The translations under genes and the position numbers were made by a program. The notes below the pieces were generated by a model that was not told the DNA's origin, searched no databases, and was given only the letters and a program-made list of their open reading frames with translations. A stretch of 63,947 nucleotides of DNA, counting the filler, from Octopus bimaculoides (taxonomy: Eukaryota): assembly GCF_001194135.2 (NCBI RefSeq). It is 7 parts of 5 records of this genome, joined end to end, with 100 filler letters (N's around TTAATTAATTAA, not from the genome) between each part and the next. Parts side by side here need not be neighbours in the genome. Positions count along the whole stretch, not along the records: positions 60,749 to 62,702 come from NC_069005.1; positions 62,803 to 63,947 come from NW_026379271.1; 5 more parts are not named here. One strand, written 5' to 3'. Below are positions 62,696 to 63,947 of this stretch, piece after piece; positions within the stretch are counted from its first letter, which is position 1, and each line of letters begins with the position of its first letter.

Positions 62696-63395
62696 ATATA
62701 TANNNNNNNNNNNNNNNNNNNNNNNNNNNNNNNNNNNNNNNNNNNNTTAATTAATTAANNNNNNNNNNNNNNNNNNNNNNNNNNNNNNNNNNNNNNNNNN
62801 NNCTAACGGTCTTTACAATGACCGGTTGCATGCAATGAACAAATTTCGGTATGCAATCATCTTATAAAATCGAAGAAAATTTTAAATAAAAAAATAGCTT
62901 ATAAAGAAGGACAGAGCCGAAATACTCAGGGTAAATAATTATTTGTAAAATATTAATCACTTAATACATTAAAAGTTATATCCGTTTAAAAGAAAATTTG
63001 ACGTTGGATTACATATACACTTAGCTGCATATGCACATACCAAACCATCTGTAATATACATATATACTCTAAAAATACAGACGCATGTACATAGCTACAT
63101 ACATATACAGACATATATAGGTAAGACATAAATATNNNNNNNNNNNNNNTGGAATTGTAAGAGTGCCACACGGGACACTATGCAGTATCTGTACATTCTT
63201 GAGTTCAAATTCTTTCCCGTCATGGAAAAATGGTGACGGTTTTGTCAGAAGTCACTATCGATAGGTCATATCAGCAATTTGAAAAAAAAAACAAAAAAAA
63301 AAAAAAANNNNNNNNNNAAAAAAAAAAAAAAAAAAAAAAAAAACAGTTGCCTCGAGGGAAAAATCAACTGGCACCAATATAAGTGTACATGCTAA

Positions 63396-63710
63396 GTCGG
63401 CGAGCCGGCAGAATCGATAGCACATGGGGAAAAATGCTTAGCGGCATTTAGTCTGTCTTTACGGTCTGAGTTCAAATACCACCGAGAGCGACTTTGTCTT
63501 TCATACTTTCGGACTTAATAACATAGGTACCAGTTGAGCACTGGCGTGGATGTAATTCATTATCCCTTCCCCAAAAATGTGTGACCTCGTGCCAAAATTT
63601 TAAACCTATATTTCATCCGTCTTTACGATCTGAGTTCAAATTCCGCCGAGAACGACTTTGTCTTTCATCCTTTCGGACTTAATAACATCGNNNNNNNNNN
63701 CCAGTTGAGT
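63396..63710 (+). mobile_element. SINE family C plus a partial tandem second copy
   Basis: gtcggcgagccggcagaatcgatagcac...ctgagttcaaat...gagagcgactttgtctttca. The internal segment repeats at 63613-63690. Confidence 0.85.
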
Positions 63711-63947
63711 TCTGGTATTTATGCGTCGAAATTTGAAATCAGTATATATGTACACGCATTTACCTTATTAACAGCTAATCGGAAAATTCGGAATAAGTAC
63801 GGAATTGTCTTAGAAGTGCAATAAATAATATTTTTATCAGCGATATTTAACAATGTGTAGCTATTATATATAGGCGCGCGCGTGTATTAATATGATAATT
63901 ATTATCATCATCACCATCACCAAGAACAGTAGTAGTAGTGTTATTGT

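Larger units (their letters stand above)
1..63947. repeat. Pervasive microsatellites: (TA)n, (CA)n, (TACA)n, (TATC)n, (GAT)n, (TAA)n, (CAG)n
   Basis: Directly visible, e.g. 9154-9236, 17870-17940, 30262-30306, 30524-30605, 33780-33870, 35560-35690, 53387-53440. Most N-gaps are flanked by (TA)n. Confidence 0.98.

Overview
This is AT-rich, gap-riddled eukaryotic DNA dominated by microsatellites and SINEs. The SINE families look like those of coleoid cephalopods, most likely Octopus (my recognition, not a database result). I can support no intact protein-coding gene: nearly every ORF in the supplied track is a microsatellite, N-run or SINE artefact. What can be supported is transposon remains. 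There are more than 35 copies of at least six tRNA-headed SINE or RTE-tail families and four IS630-Tc1-mariner transposase remnants (one mariner with D35D spacing, two maT DD37D, one Tc1 DD34E). There are also several MITEs, R4/Dong-like and RTE LINE fragments, and three Penelope-like fragments, two of them Naiad-like. The main hunt results are: (1) five degenerate type-I hammerhead ribozyme motifs, one inside an apparent ~340-bp self-complementary tandem unit (retrozyme or satellite-like) that runs into a gap at 58.7 kb; (2) a CpG-poor to CpG-rich transition near 27 kb, consistent with the edge of a germline-methylated domain; (3) a 67-bp-stem hairpin at 14.8 kb whose substitutions are mostly G-U compatible on the + strand; (4) a mariner with non-canonical D35D spacing inside a dense transposon pile-up. 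The TTAATTAATTAA islands inside gaps are assembly linkers. All coordinates and alignments were read by eye, and edges may be off by a few bases.
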